A stretch of 64,000 bases of DNA, taken from Acanthaster planci (lineage: Eukaryota). The translations under genes and the position numbers were made by a program. The first letter of the stretch is position 1. The number at the start of each line of letters is the position of its first letter. The notes beneath the pieces were generated by a model. The model worked only from the letters and a program-made list of their open reading frames with translations. It did no database searches and was not told the DNA's origin. The stretch lies in contig NW_019091358.1 of the NCBI RefSeq assembly GCF_001949145.1, positions 3,404,535 to 3,468,534 of the forward strand. Direction: 5' to 3'. Shown in pieces: positions 1-10,552 of the stretch.

Positions 1-105
1 TCCCTATTTTCCTCCAGCTTTCAAAACACTACATGCTGTCATGGACACCAAGTCTAAACTAGCTAATGAAAATCACTCGGCCACTGTTGTTCTTCCAACA
101 ATTCT

Positions 106-111
106 TTTATT
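106..111 (-). terminator. Candidate polyadenylation signal for PCLAF
   Basis: AATAAA on the minus strand about 950 nt downstream of the stop codon. Confidence 0.45.
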
Positions 112-708
112 GAACGTAACTGTACAATGTAACATTTATGTACAATACTATTAGATTGAGAACTCCAGGCACATCATGTGGAACAGCGAGGCAGAAATTT
201 GTGTCACTGATACGAGTTTTCTGGCCTGAAATTATGAAGTGAGTAAGAAGAGATCATTTTTATGATTTTCCGTCTCTACTTCTCACCTGCTCTTGGAGGT
301 ATTTTGCTTTTATCTTGCAACCAAATTAAACAAAAGGCTCGGAATTGGAAGTAAACAATAAGCCTGAGCATTTCTTGCATCTAGAAACATTAAAAAAAAA
401 TATAAGTATCACGCTAATCTATTTAAAGTGTCGTCTTCAAGATACCTACACAAAAAATTCATAACTTCTAATACCCTAACAAACCACAACAGAATTAGTC
501 TTTCTGTTTCAACAGGTTACACGTATTTTGAATCAATTTATTCTAGCATATCAAAAATATGCTCAATTCAAGAGAGTGCATTGTTCAAAAGTCATAATTG
601 CATAGCTGAAAAGAACTTGAACTGTGACATATTCAACTTCTGTGAAAAGTCTGCCAGTCATCAACACAAGATAGCAACAAGTTCTGTTGTTAGCCAAATG
701 TGGACTGA

Positions 709-810
709 GTTGTGGGGACATTTTTTTTGTCCCCATGTTTTTGGTCGCCACAAAGTAGTTGAAATATGGAATGTATGTCCCCACAACTACGGTGGGAGAA
801 TGGGTGTACA
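709..810. repeat. Dispersed ~100-bp 'TTGTGGGGAC' repeat (MITE-like), copy in PCLAF 3' UTR
   Basis: Reverse-complement homologues at ~33420-33503 and ~31805-31935; internal TGTGGGGACA/TGTCCCCACA inverted motifs. Confidence 0.7.
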
Positions 811-1056
811 TGTGATGTGTAACATGATTTGAGAAAAAAAAACACTGATTTCTAAACAGTGACAACTGTAAACCACCTGTCAGTTCTGGTCTAAAAAAAG
901 GGATCCTTTTGTTTCAATGCCAAAAGTTGTCTGCCTAGTTGCAATGCTGTCGTAAATTTAAGAAGAAAGCTGATTGGGTCTTCAGTTTAGAAAGTTAACT
1001 AGCATCAGAAAGAATGGACAAATCTTTACACAGAAGGAAATGTTTCTGAAGGAAAC

Positions 1057-1240
1057 TCAATCGTCGTCTTCACTGTCGCTGATGCAATTATTCTTTTTAA
1101 ATTTTGCTTTGGACGATGATGCTCCCAAGGAGCATGCTTCCATGTCCGTTTCATTGTCGTCGTCCACAGTCTCCTCGATGTCTGGAACTGTGTCGTCTTC
1201 TACCCTGCTACTATTGTTGCTATCCTGTGCTACTGCGGTC
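1057..1240 (-). CDS. PCLAF: PCLAF coding exon 4 (acidic C-terminal tail to stop)
   Basis: Acceptor ttttttcctgtttacacag; phase 2 matches exon 3; open Asp/Glu-rich frame ending SDSEDDD-TGA at 1059-1057. Confidence 0.85.
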
Positions 1241-3436
1241 CTGTGTAAACAGGAAAAAAATTGTCATTTTGAAGTCAGTTCTGGAAGTTTAGCCCGGGCT
1301 CTGAGGACTACCAATGAGAAGCTGTAGTCACATGCTCAAAATAGTGCAGAGCACAAGGCCACCCTGCTTACTCAGTTACAGCAGGATATAACAAGCATGC
1401 CCATGGAGGCTACCAGCTAGTAGCTTTTATGCATCCGCCCTGGTGAGTCAATCAGATGTGCCTAGGTCATTTTCACTGTTCAGAAGGTACTTTTCCATTG
1501 ACTGATTCTGCGCTCAAGTTCCAACACCTTTGTGACCTTCAGGCGTCATGTCTGCGACACTACAAAATTTCACACAATTTACACACGGCAGGGCTTTATC
1601 CAGGTAACAATGCAATAATGAAAAGGATTGGATTTAACGTGAATCAAAGGCAGGGGAAAATTTGAGGAAAAATCGAGGTGCAACCCGTCAGGAGACTTGT
1701 TAACATTGTCGAATTGCCCACTTTCAAGAAATTAGGAAACATTTTCTCAGAAACAAATCTCATTGCTTGCATAATCAAAATCCCAGTCAACTCTGATTCT
1801 ATTCTCCCTGCCCAAACCCATCTCCCCTTCTCACCTGTCCTCTTTGCTGCTGCATCCTGCCTCTACCGAAGTCTCCCCATCCTCTGGGTCGACGTTCTCC
1901 TTTTGTTTCGTGGCACTCCTTGGCGACCTGATCATGAAATTGGTGATTTCTTTCTGCCACTCTGGCGTTGGTCGTGGGCAGACCGGATTCCCTCCTCGGT
2001 ACTTGCCTTTTTTGCCAGCTGATTAGCACAAAAGAACTGCTCTGTGAATTTTTTTACTTCTTTTCTCAATTTACAAAAACTCAGTTTAACAGTGAAATGA
2101 GACTGAGCAAATATTAGGACCAAGGTAAAAAAAAAAGTTTACATGCAGGATTTTAAATGGACAAGAAATTCACGGCGGACCCTTTCCTGTCCTTTTTCCC
2201 CCAAAGTGCATATTTTGCCATCATCCAGCCACACCTTTGGGTTTTTTCGAGATGCCGGCATCCAATCCAATTTGGATTCAATGCTCAGCCGTTGTGGACA
2301 TTGGTGATTTTTTTTTAACCCCCCCCCCCAAAATCAAAAGATTATTTGTTTCATTTTGTAAATTGGTTCCTAAAACACAGTGTAGGATGTGTGTTTTCTT
2401 TTTGTGGTTTGAGCTCTGGAGAATTTTTTAAGGGAAAAAATTTCAAAATTTCACTAGGCCCTAATTCCATCTTGTGAATACACATTCACAATGTCAGCGT
2501 GTTTTATAAGCAAGATTTATTATGGAAATAATTTGAAAGTATCCAAAAACACTGCACATGTTCAGTTGCTGTGTCGGTACTACAGCAAAAACATATTAGG
2601 ACAGTGAACTGGTCAATTCCACTGCCTTTTATTCAAGATGTTAGGTTTTTTGCTTCCACATATACTCTTGCTATAAGGAGCTAGTCTATGCTATTTCATG
2701 TACTCGACATTTTACATGCTGTGTTCATCTATTTCCATATTGACCTACAAGTATATCACTGTATATCACAAATTAAAGAAATTATTCTGAAACGTCAAAG
2801 AGAAACTTTTTAAAAAGGCAGGTAGGGAAAAGGGAAGCGGGTGACAATCAGCGAGAAGAAAAACTATATTTTTAGCACTCTGCCAAAGAAAACTCCAAGA
2901 TGTGCTTACCAGGAGACTTCATTGAGCTGCCAGCTTTCATTGCTGTGTTGTTACTCACACCCAAATTTTTCCGTGGTGCCTTGGCTGCAACAGCTTCAAA
3001 GAGATATGGTAAAATAACTGACAATGTCAACAGGCCTACTTTAACTTAATGTTAGATCGTCAGAATCAGATAAGACTTGTTGAAGAGAATACTGTATAAC
3101 AGCATAGGTATTTGGTATATTTAGATGAAATTTTTTGTCATGATCTTGGATATGGACGTCACCAAAAACTTGTTTAGATAAGTTGTTTCGAAAAAGTAGA
3201 ATTTGTTCTCTTATTACAGGAACAGGGAGCTAAAGGTAATGAACACTGTAAACACTCATGTCATTCACAAATGATTCACAAATGACTCAGACACACAAAG
3301 ACAAAAGTGACATGACAAACACGTCACAAAACGTAGGCCTAGACTACTCCCTTGAACATCACCACTCCAAGCATGATCACTATAGTCCACGAAACCTACC
3401 CTTTCTGGCACAGTTGTCTGCCTTTGTCCTGACCAT
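1057..3436 (-). CDS. PCLAF: PCNA-associated factor (PAF15/KIAA0101), 4 coding exons: 3436-3400, 2993-2910, 2018-1835, 1240-1057; 162 aa
   Basis: Manual splice gives MVRTKADNCARKAVAAKAPRKNLGVSNNTAMKAGSSMKSPAGKKGKYRGGNPVCPRPTPEWQKEITNFMIRSPRSATKQKENVDPEDGETSVEAGCSSKEDRTAVAQDSNNSSRVEDDTVPDIEETVDDDNETDMEACSLGASSSKAKFKKNNCISDSEDDD*. It matches the human PAF15 motifs MVRTKAD, APRK, KYxGGNPVC.RPTP.WQK.I..F (PIP box) and the KEN box. All introns are GT-AG and phases are consistent (37+84+184+184=489 nt). Confidence 0.95.
1835..2018 (-). CDS. PCLAF: PCLAF coding exon 3 (PIP box QKEITNFM and KEN box)
   Basis: Acceptor gtgctaatcag, donor AG|GTGAGA; encodes KYRGGNPVCPRPTPEWQKEITNFM...KEN. Confidence 0.95.
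2910..2993 (-). CDS. PCLAF: PCLAF coding exon 2 (AVAAKAPRKNLG...MKSP)
   Basis: Acceptor tctctttgaag, donor G|GTAAGC; 84 nt; carries KAPRK and the RxxL D-box-like motif. Confidence 0.93.
3400..3436 (-). CDS. PCLAF: PCLAF coding exon 1 (MVRTKADNCARK)
   Basis: ATG in AAAATGG context at 3436-3434; donor G|GTAGGT at 3399; phase 1. Confidence 0.93.
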
Positions 3437-3479
3437 TTTGTATTCTGATTTGTCGAAACTGGATATCTGCACAGCTAAG

Positions 3480-3720
3480 ATACGATAAGCCTACTTTAAT
3501 AGTGCGCACACACATTCGTGTTGCAGCCGGCCGGATGAATGAAACTATCGCGCCAAACTTATAATTTGGCGCGCCACTTGAGGTCAACTTAAAGGTCAGT
3601 GAGCAGATGAGCTGGTTTCCATACTTCCTGTCCCAAGTAATTACGTTGTGCAGATGCAATGCACCAGTCATGTATCACTCGTCAAAAGAGGGCGCTCTTT
3701 TAACTAGTGTTTTCGTGCTG
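3480..3720 (-). promoter_or_regulatory. PCLAF proximal promoter with paired E2F sites
   Basis: CpG-rich patch just upstream of the ATG. TCGCGCCAAA (3548-3557) and TTTGGCGCGCCA (3565-3576) are E2F consensus sites; ETS-like ACTTCCTG near 3622; AGGTCA half-sites at 3581 and 3593. Confidence 0.75.
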
Positions 3721-3973
3721 TCGCTACACTTTTGCCAAGAATATTCCTGCTAACTTGGTTTGGACAACTCAACAAATCAACAGAAGAAAGAAAAGTTTGA
3801 GAAATTTTTGAAAAAGACAGAAAGATACACAGCTACAAACGCCGTTGATTATTGTTTAATGGTAGCTGGCTGCAGTGGATTTTTATCTATTTATTTGTTT
3901 GTATCTGTCCATCCAAGTGCAGTTTAGCCCCAATTACAGGATGATGTGACAATTAAGAAAACAAAATTTTTCG

Positions 3974-4106
3974 AGGAAAACCAATAGAATCAGGTAGGGA
4001 CTGAAAACCCAATTCACATGCTGACCTACTACCGGTAGCAATTTGGATTTGAACCCAGGTCGCAGAGGTGGAAGGCAAGGAAAGCCAGTACACCAACCTG
4101 ACTCCC
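3974..4106 (-). mobile_element. tRNA-derived SINE (degenerate)
   Basis: Minus strand begins GGGAGTCAGGTTGGTGTACTGG (A-box-like), has B-box GGTTCAAATCC at 4055-4045, then a SINE-like body CATGTGAATTGGGTTTTCAGTCCCTACCTGA. Confidence 0.65.
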
Positions 4107-5552
4107 TTTTTAAAATATAAACCTCAAGAAAAGCACCTTTCTGTCTCAGTTAACCTCTTTTTCTGTTTTTGTTTCACTACTTCAAAGGACTCTGCTGCCT
4201 TTTGGGACGTTTATGCTGATTAAAAAACGGGCCCACGTCGTCTGTGTCGACCATAATGATAATAGAGTGTCTGAACTAGCGGCATTGTAATTTTGAATTT
4301 CTCAAGTTTTTCTTAGTTTGGACCACTGCATACAGAACTGAAAGTTCGGATTCTACGGATTCGGAATGGACAACTGCCATTCACTTCACACATGGAAATG
4401 CGAAACCCGTTCTTATTCCTCCATGGTTTAATCGAATATTTCTCTTTGAGTTTTATATTTAATATAAAATAATTAGGTTTATTATATTTTATATAGTTTT
4501 TGAAAAATAGTTTTATTATATCTTTGGAACTGTTACACATTTTTACATTTAACGTTTATGCAGACGTGGCAAACCACGGACAAGGAACAGGCGTGCCCAA
4601 TGTCAATCTTCGTTGGGAAAAGTGTTCCAATTTCAAATAAAAAGACTCAACAATGTTCGGGAAAAATCGTTCCAATCTTGAGAAAATGCTGGATCTGTAA
4701 AATCTTATTCGAATTTTGAAAACATGTTCACTTTAAAAAAAAATTATGTCTGTACAAATTCATCCTCTGTTTAAAATTTCATACAAATCTAAAAAACAAA
4801 CAAACAAACAAACAAACATGTATTGCATGTTGAAAATTTCGTTTGGCTTTTAAAAATGCATTCCAAAAGTCAAAATACGATCTTTTTAAAATGAAATTGC
4901 TTTCAAAAATATATTCAACTTTTTAAAAACACGTTCGATATTGAAAAAAAGGGCATTCCGTTTGGCAAAAACACGTTCCAATCTGTTTGACCCGAATTCT
5001 GCTTCGTACTTGCCCCACGCCAAACGCGCATAAACTTGCTCGCCTGTGCAGTGAGTTCGTACCAAACATCATTGATCTTCATTATAAAGAACTCATAGGT
5101 ACCGCAGGGGGCATCCCTATAAATAGGCCAGAAATGTGTCCGCCGATTTCGATGCACATGAAATAGTCTATATTAGAGAGTACTGAGTGCTATGGAATCG
5201 GGGAATAAAAGAAATATGACCCGAACCTCTCGCCTGGACTTAGGGCTTCCAATTCTGAGCAATTTTGATGCATGCGAGTCTGAAAGTGGCATTATTTAGC
5301 CGCTGTGCACGGCGATGCATTGCCAAAATGACTACTTTTCTGGGCAGCGAAATTTCCTTCATTTTAGGGGTGGTCTGCTTTGGGTGAGAATTTTTCAAAA
5401 ATTTATTTGTCAACCCACCAAAAACTGAAAGGAAAATGAAAGAGGGAATGCAGAACATGATTTTTTTTTGTCCAGCCTGGACACCTGTGAGCATTTTTGA
5501 AATAAATTTGAACTATAGGAAATTATCACTGGTGTCTTTGGGAATTTATTTA

Positions 5553-5676
5553 GGGACCTCTATGAAGTACGCACGAAATGCCGACTTTTCAGACCCCCCT
5601 CCCCGTACACATGGCGTACGCAGTGGCGCTCCAACTCCCGCTTTCCTTCGTGTATACGTAATTTGTAGACGGCCTC
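5553..5676. mobile_element. MITE, PIF/Harbinger-like
   Basis: Imperfect TIRs GGGACCTCTATGAAGTACG / CGTAATTTGTAGACGGCCTC; TTA on both sides (5550-5552, 5677-5679). Confidence 0.65.
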
Positions 5677-5865
5677 TTATTAGGCCTGCACGCCAAAGGA
5701 CAGTCATTTAAAGACACGCCCTCTTTTGTTCCCGCTCGGTGCGGATACACCATGACTTATGTACCTAACTTTGAAAACAAAAATCCTCTAGAGACACTAT
5801 TATAGCCTTTATTAAAGTCGGGTTTCCCCAAGCATATGATGTAAAAAAAATTGCAACACGAACAC

Positions 5866-6761
5866 NNNNNNNNNNNNNNNNNNNNNNNNNNNNNNNNNNN
5901 NNNNNNNNNNNNNNNNNNNNNNNNNNNNNNNNNNNNNNNNNNNNNNNNNNNNNNNNNNNNNNNNNNNNNNNNNNNNNNNNNNNNNNNNNNNNNNNNNNNN
6001 NNNNNNNNNNNNNNNNNNNNNNNNNNNNNNNNNNNNNNNNNNNNNNNNNNNNNNNNNNNNNNNNNNNNNNNNNNNNNNNNNNNNNNNNNNNNNNNNNNNN
6101 NNNNNNNNNNNNNNNNNNNNNNNNNNNNNNNNNNNNNNNNNNNNNNNNNNNNNNNNNNNNNNNNNNNNNNNNNNNNNNNNNNNNNNNNNNNNNNNNNNNN
6201 NNNNNNNNNNNNNNNNNNNNNNNNNNNNNNNNNNNNNNNNNNNNNNNNNNNNNNNNNNNNNNNNNNNNNNNNNNNNNNNNNNNNNNNNNNNNNNNNNNNN
6301 NNNNNNNNNNNNNNNNNNNNNNNNNNNNNNNNNNNNNNNNNNNNNNNNNNNNNNNNNNNNNNNNNNNNNNNNNNNNNNNNNNNNNNNNNNNNNNNNNNNN
6401 NNNNNNNNNNNNNNNNNNNNNNNNNNNNNNNNNNNNNNNNNNNNNNNNNNNNNNNNNNNNNNNNNNNNNNNNNNNNNNNNNNNNNNNNNNNNNNNNNNNN
6501 NNNNNNNNNNNNNNNNNNNNNNNNNNNNNNNNNNNNNNNNNNNNNNNNNNNNNNNNNNNNNNNNNNNNNNNNNNNNNNNNNNNNNNNNNNNNNNNNNNNN
6601 NNNNNNNNNNNNNNNNNNNNNNNNNNNNNNNNNNNNNNNNNNNNNNNNNNNNNNNNNNNNNNNNNNNNNNNNNNNNNNNNNNNNNNNNNNNNNNNNNNNN
6701 NNNNNNNNNNNNNNNNNNNNNNNNNNNNNNNNNNNNNNNNNNNNNNNNNNNNNNNNNNNNN
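5866..6761. other. Assembly gap (N run)
   Basis: Run of N. Confidence 1.
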
Positions 6762-6884
6762 GCTAACTCCCTAGGGTGTGTGCAAAATCATATTAAAATT
6801 GGAGGATTCAGGGCTGTTTGGGCTAGTGTATGTAGGCCTACTGGTGATGCTGGTACCGGTAGGCCTAATTGGTTGTCTCTATCT

Positions 6885-7742
6885 TACACCCGTAAACAGG
6901 ACCCAACGAATACTCCTCCGTTGTATACTGTTGTCCCGATTCACAGGGATTTCTTTCGAAAAATTTCTCCAGGATATCCGGGGACAGCACAGTTCAACAT
7001 CCACTTGATTTTATGAGCTGAAATTGCACTGGTGTGGTATGTTCACTACTTACGGTGTAAACTATCCGCTAGGTTACTAATTGTAGAAAATTCACCTTTT
7101 CCTCGTTTGAGGGAAAAAAATTGTTGCCTTTTTTTGCCCTTTTCCCACTCCAGACAAATTTTGCCCCACTTGCACAAAACTGACGGCTGTTTCGTCACTT
7201 ACATGTCACGTCACAGAGAGCGAGCCGCGCTACGAATGATTTGCTGCAAACAGTGCGTGACTGGACCGGGAACCAGCCAAGGGCATTGCGTATTAGTTGC
7301 GACACAAAGCAGCCGTAGTTTTCCACGAGTACTTAGATCGACAGGTACTCTTGCAGATCTGAACGAGATTCATAGGTGTTGAAGTCTGGGTGCAAACTAG
7401 ACAGGCTTTTGTACAGGGTACCATTACTTAACCATACAAAGGAGTCTGTGTAATGTACAAGTCAGTACAAATTTTGTACGGAGTGGGAAAACAGCAAAAA
7501 AAAGGCAACATTTTTTCCTCCAAACGAGGAAAAGGCAAGTTTTCTACATTTAGCAACCAAGCAGATAGTTTACACCGTAAGTAGTGAACATACCGGTGCA
7601 ATTTCAGCTCATAAAATCAAGCGGATGTTTAGTTATGCCCCCAGATATCCCAGATAAAACTTTTCAAAAGAAATCCCTATGAATCGGGACAAGGCCCGGT
7701 ATATGACTGAGGAGTATTTGTCGGGCCCTGTTTAGGGGGGGA
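6885..7742. mobile_element. Non-autonomous DNA transposon / foldback element with ~275-bp TIRs
   Basis: 6885-~7163 is the imperfect reverse complement of ~7468-7742 (e.g. GGTATGTTCACTACTTACGGTGTAAACTATC / GATAGTTTACACCGTAAGTAGTGAACATACC); 8-bp flanks CTCTATCT / TTCTATCT. Confidence 0.9.
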
Positions 7743-8559
7743 TTCTATCTCTATCTTTGTTTACATCTCCTGTGGCTTACACAGCATGTGCAGGGTCATG
7801 CTAGGCCTGTTTAGGATTTTAGCATCAGCAAGTGTCAGTCAGTGTCAATGATTGTCAACAAAGCATGAACAAATATTTCAAGCACATTTATGCAATTTTT
7901 TTGAAAGTACTGTAGTGGATTGAAAGTTTTGACCCAAACAGTTGAGAATGTTTAGTTAGAATTTATAATTGTGTACACATTCATACATGTAGGTGCATGT
8001 GTGCTCAGGCATATGTAAATGAATATGTAAAAGTACTTGAGGACTACACAAACAAGATGTCTCCTTCTTTGGGCGGGAGCAGTTGAGCTGCGTGTGGCTG
8101 CGCGTATTAAAGAACACTGAAAAGTAATATTCATTGGAGGTTCGATCTCAGAAAGGATTTGTTAGAGATGTTTTTGAAAAAGGAATGTTTTCGGGAGTTG
8201 GAGAATGGACGGGGAAGAGTTAATACCAAAAGGGAAACGAGTGTATTGGTACAGCAGAAGTGAGGGAATTAAATAGGCTGATTAGGCCTTATTTGCAACT
8301 TGTAAGACGATGTAGTTGTCAGCTTGTGTTATCTTGAACCACAATCTGGAACCCACCTCACTTCCACACAGAGACTTCAAGTCGTTCCTCTACAACGAAT
8401 TTGACACACTGCCATATTTTGATCACTTTATGGACCGACATCACTATGTTACAATATTAATTAGGCTCCTACATATCTTTTTCAATGTATCATATCTACA
8501 CATGTATATGTACATGTAGGACTATCTGCAATGATATTTGAGTGTTGACATTTGAATAA

Positions 8560-8660
8560 CAAAGTCGGGCCTGCTTGTGCAGCCCGACCGGCTGCCATCT
8601 TGGTTTGCGTGGATGGGAGAAGAAAGAAAGATGGCGGCTTCCATTCATCGCGAAAAATGT
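8560..8660. promoter_or_regulatory. CpG-rich patch with opposed YY1-like motifs (possible promoter)
   Basis: GCTGCCATCTTGG (8591-8603) and AAGATGGCGGC (8628-8638) in a CpG-rich context. Confidence 0.35.
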
Positions 8661-9005
8661 TTGTTTTTCTACGAGCGTCTAAAAGTGAATTTGATGTTTC
8701 TCTTACACAGGAGCAGGTCTTAGAGTCTGTAAAATATGATAAAACCACTTTAAAATCTTTAGAGGGTATTGCCAAGTTATTGGCGCTTTGTTGACGCTAC
8801 TTGTGTGTGTGTTGGCACATGTTGACACTAAATAGCCTGAACATACACTTATGTTGCTGGCATATGAACCATGTGAACCTGCCCAGAATGCTTTGCATTT
8901 GTACAAGCAAAGCACCTTAAGATGCATTGTGCATATTTGCACACGTGCTTCATCATCTGACTAATCATCTTGGGCTCCATGCTTAATGTCCATGATGATA
9001 ATTGA

Positions 9006-9208
9006 TATAGTCGCCAGGTCCCTTATTTCGCCACTTACTAGCACTGTGAAAACCAATCAGACTTGACAGTAAAAGTTGCAAAATTAGGGACCTGCATCAG
9101 TGACCATATAGTCACCAGGTCCCTGATTTCGCCATTTACATGTACTGTAAAAAGCAGTCAGACTGGACAATACATGTAGGTGGTGAAATCAGGAATCTGG
9201 CAACTATA
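9006..9208. mobile_element. Tandem dimer of a ~100-bp TA-flanked MITE
   Basis: Unit 1 is 9006-9110 and unit 2 is 9107-9208. Each starts TATAGTC(G/A)CCAGGTCCCT.ATTTCGCCA and ends with its imperfect reverse complement. Confidence 0.8.
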
Positions 9209-10391
9209 CGTCACTATTCGGTATACGGACGTTAAGTATTCATGTGATGGATTTCTGACCAAGGCCTAGTGTAATTTCAGACTTCATTTTCCTGAAAAAA
9301 AATTCTTCCGGTGCCAAGAAACACAGAACAGTGAAATATCCTGAAATTTGATATGTACTATGTCATTTGATGCACACATGTAAGCAATGAACTGAGAGTC
9401 GAACGTTGTGCAGACAAGCCTGAAACTGACAGCTCAATGTGAACCAACCTTGCCATCCATATGGGGACCAGAGAACAAAACTGGTTCACATAATGAATAC
9501 AGGTTGTGTGAGGCCTTGTGTGGACCTGGCTCGGGTCCACACGAGGTTTTTTTCCCCTCTCTTAAAAAGGCGAGGTATTTGGGGGCATGATTATCAGTAT
9601 GCAATTGTTTTACTATGATACCACACCTTGAAATAGCAAAAAACCTTATTTTCATTGTTTATTTTTCCATTTCAATACGTGTTCAGAGCCTTTTTGGTTT
9701 TTGCGTATTTGGACTTTACATACATGTGTTTATGGCAAAACTGTGATGTCATCTCAGGCACTGAACCTCAATCTGCAGATTTAGCCTTGATTTGCATTTC
9801 AGTCTTTGGCTGTTTAGTGTTTATAAGATGGAAACGAGCCGGTGCCAACCTAAAATATTTCCAAAGAGCAAATATGAGGTTCCAAAAAGTTTGAACATGA
9901 AAACATGTCTTCCCTGATTTACATACATATAAGCCTCGGCTTTCTACCGAGCATCTACATCTTATTATATGAATTAATATCATAATAACGTTGTGTATAT
10001 GTGTATTTTGAACTTGTTTTATTTTTGTCACAAATTTGTATTTAGATGTCTTTGTGATCTTATATTTTGTTTTTTCATGTTATTAAGTGTTTTTAAAATT
10101 CTTGTTGGCTAGTTATTTGATTGTACATGATCTTTAATATTTCATGTTACGGTAAGTGTCTGTGAAAGTTGTTATATGTGTCGAGTTTTACTGTATATAC
10201 ATGTAGTACATGTGATATTAATATAGTTATTGTTTCGTTTTGATTCAGTTTTATCTTGTAATTGTACATTTTCAGCCCTGCAAACATAATAAACCATAAA
10301 TGATAATAATATATTCGTTACTCAGATTTTCATTGGTCAATGCTAACTAACAATGTTAACTAAGATGTGAAATAAACCAAACCAAACCAAA

Positions 10392-10552
10392 CATCACAGC
10401 AACAGCGCCCTCACGTGTCCAGAAAAGCTTGAACAATTTGAAATACTCAAAGTAGTGCACTTTTTAAGTGGATTTCAACAGTTACATGTATTGTACTTTG
10501 AAGAATACAAAGTTATGCATAAAAAAGTGAGTCCAAGACAAATTCACTGCAT
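10392..10552. repeat. Fragment of the 13560-14088 family (inverted)
   Basis: ACATCACAGCAACAGCGCCCTCACGTGTCCA and AAATTCACTGCA match the reverse complement of 13568-13712. Confidence 0.6.

Noticed and set aside
974..1327. 117-aa Ser/Leu-rich plus-strand ORF
   Set aside because: Antisense shadow of the acidic PCLAF exon 4.
1799..2029. 76-aa minus-strand ORF from the track
   Set aside because: Wrong frame over PCLAF exon 3; the conserved PIP/KEN frame is a different one.
5851..6774. Long ORFs spanning N runs (also 17692-18082 and 60415-60966)
   Set aside because: Artefacts of translating assembly gaps.
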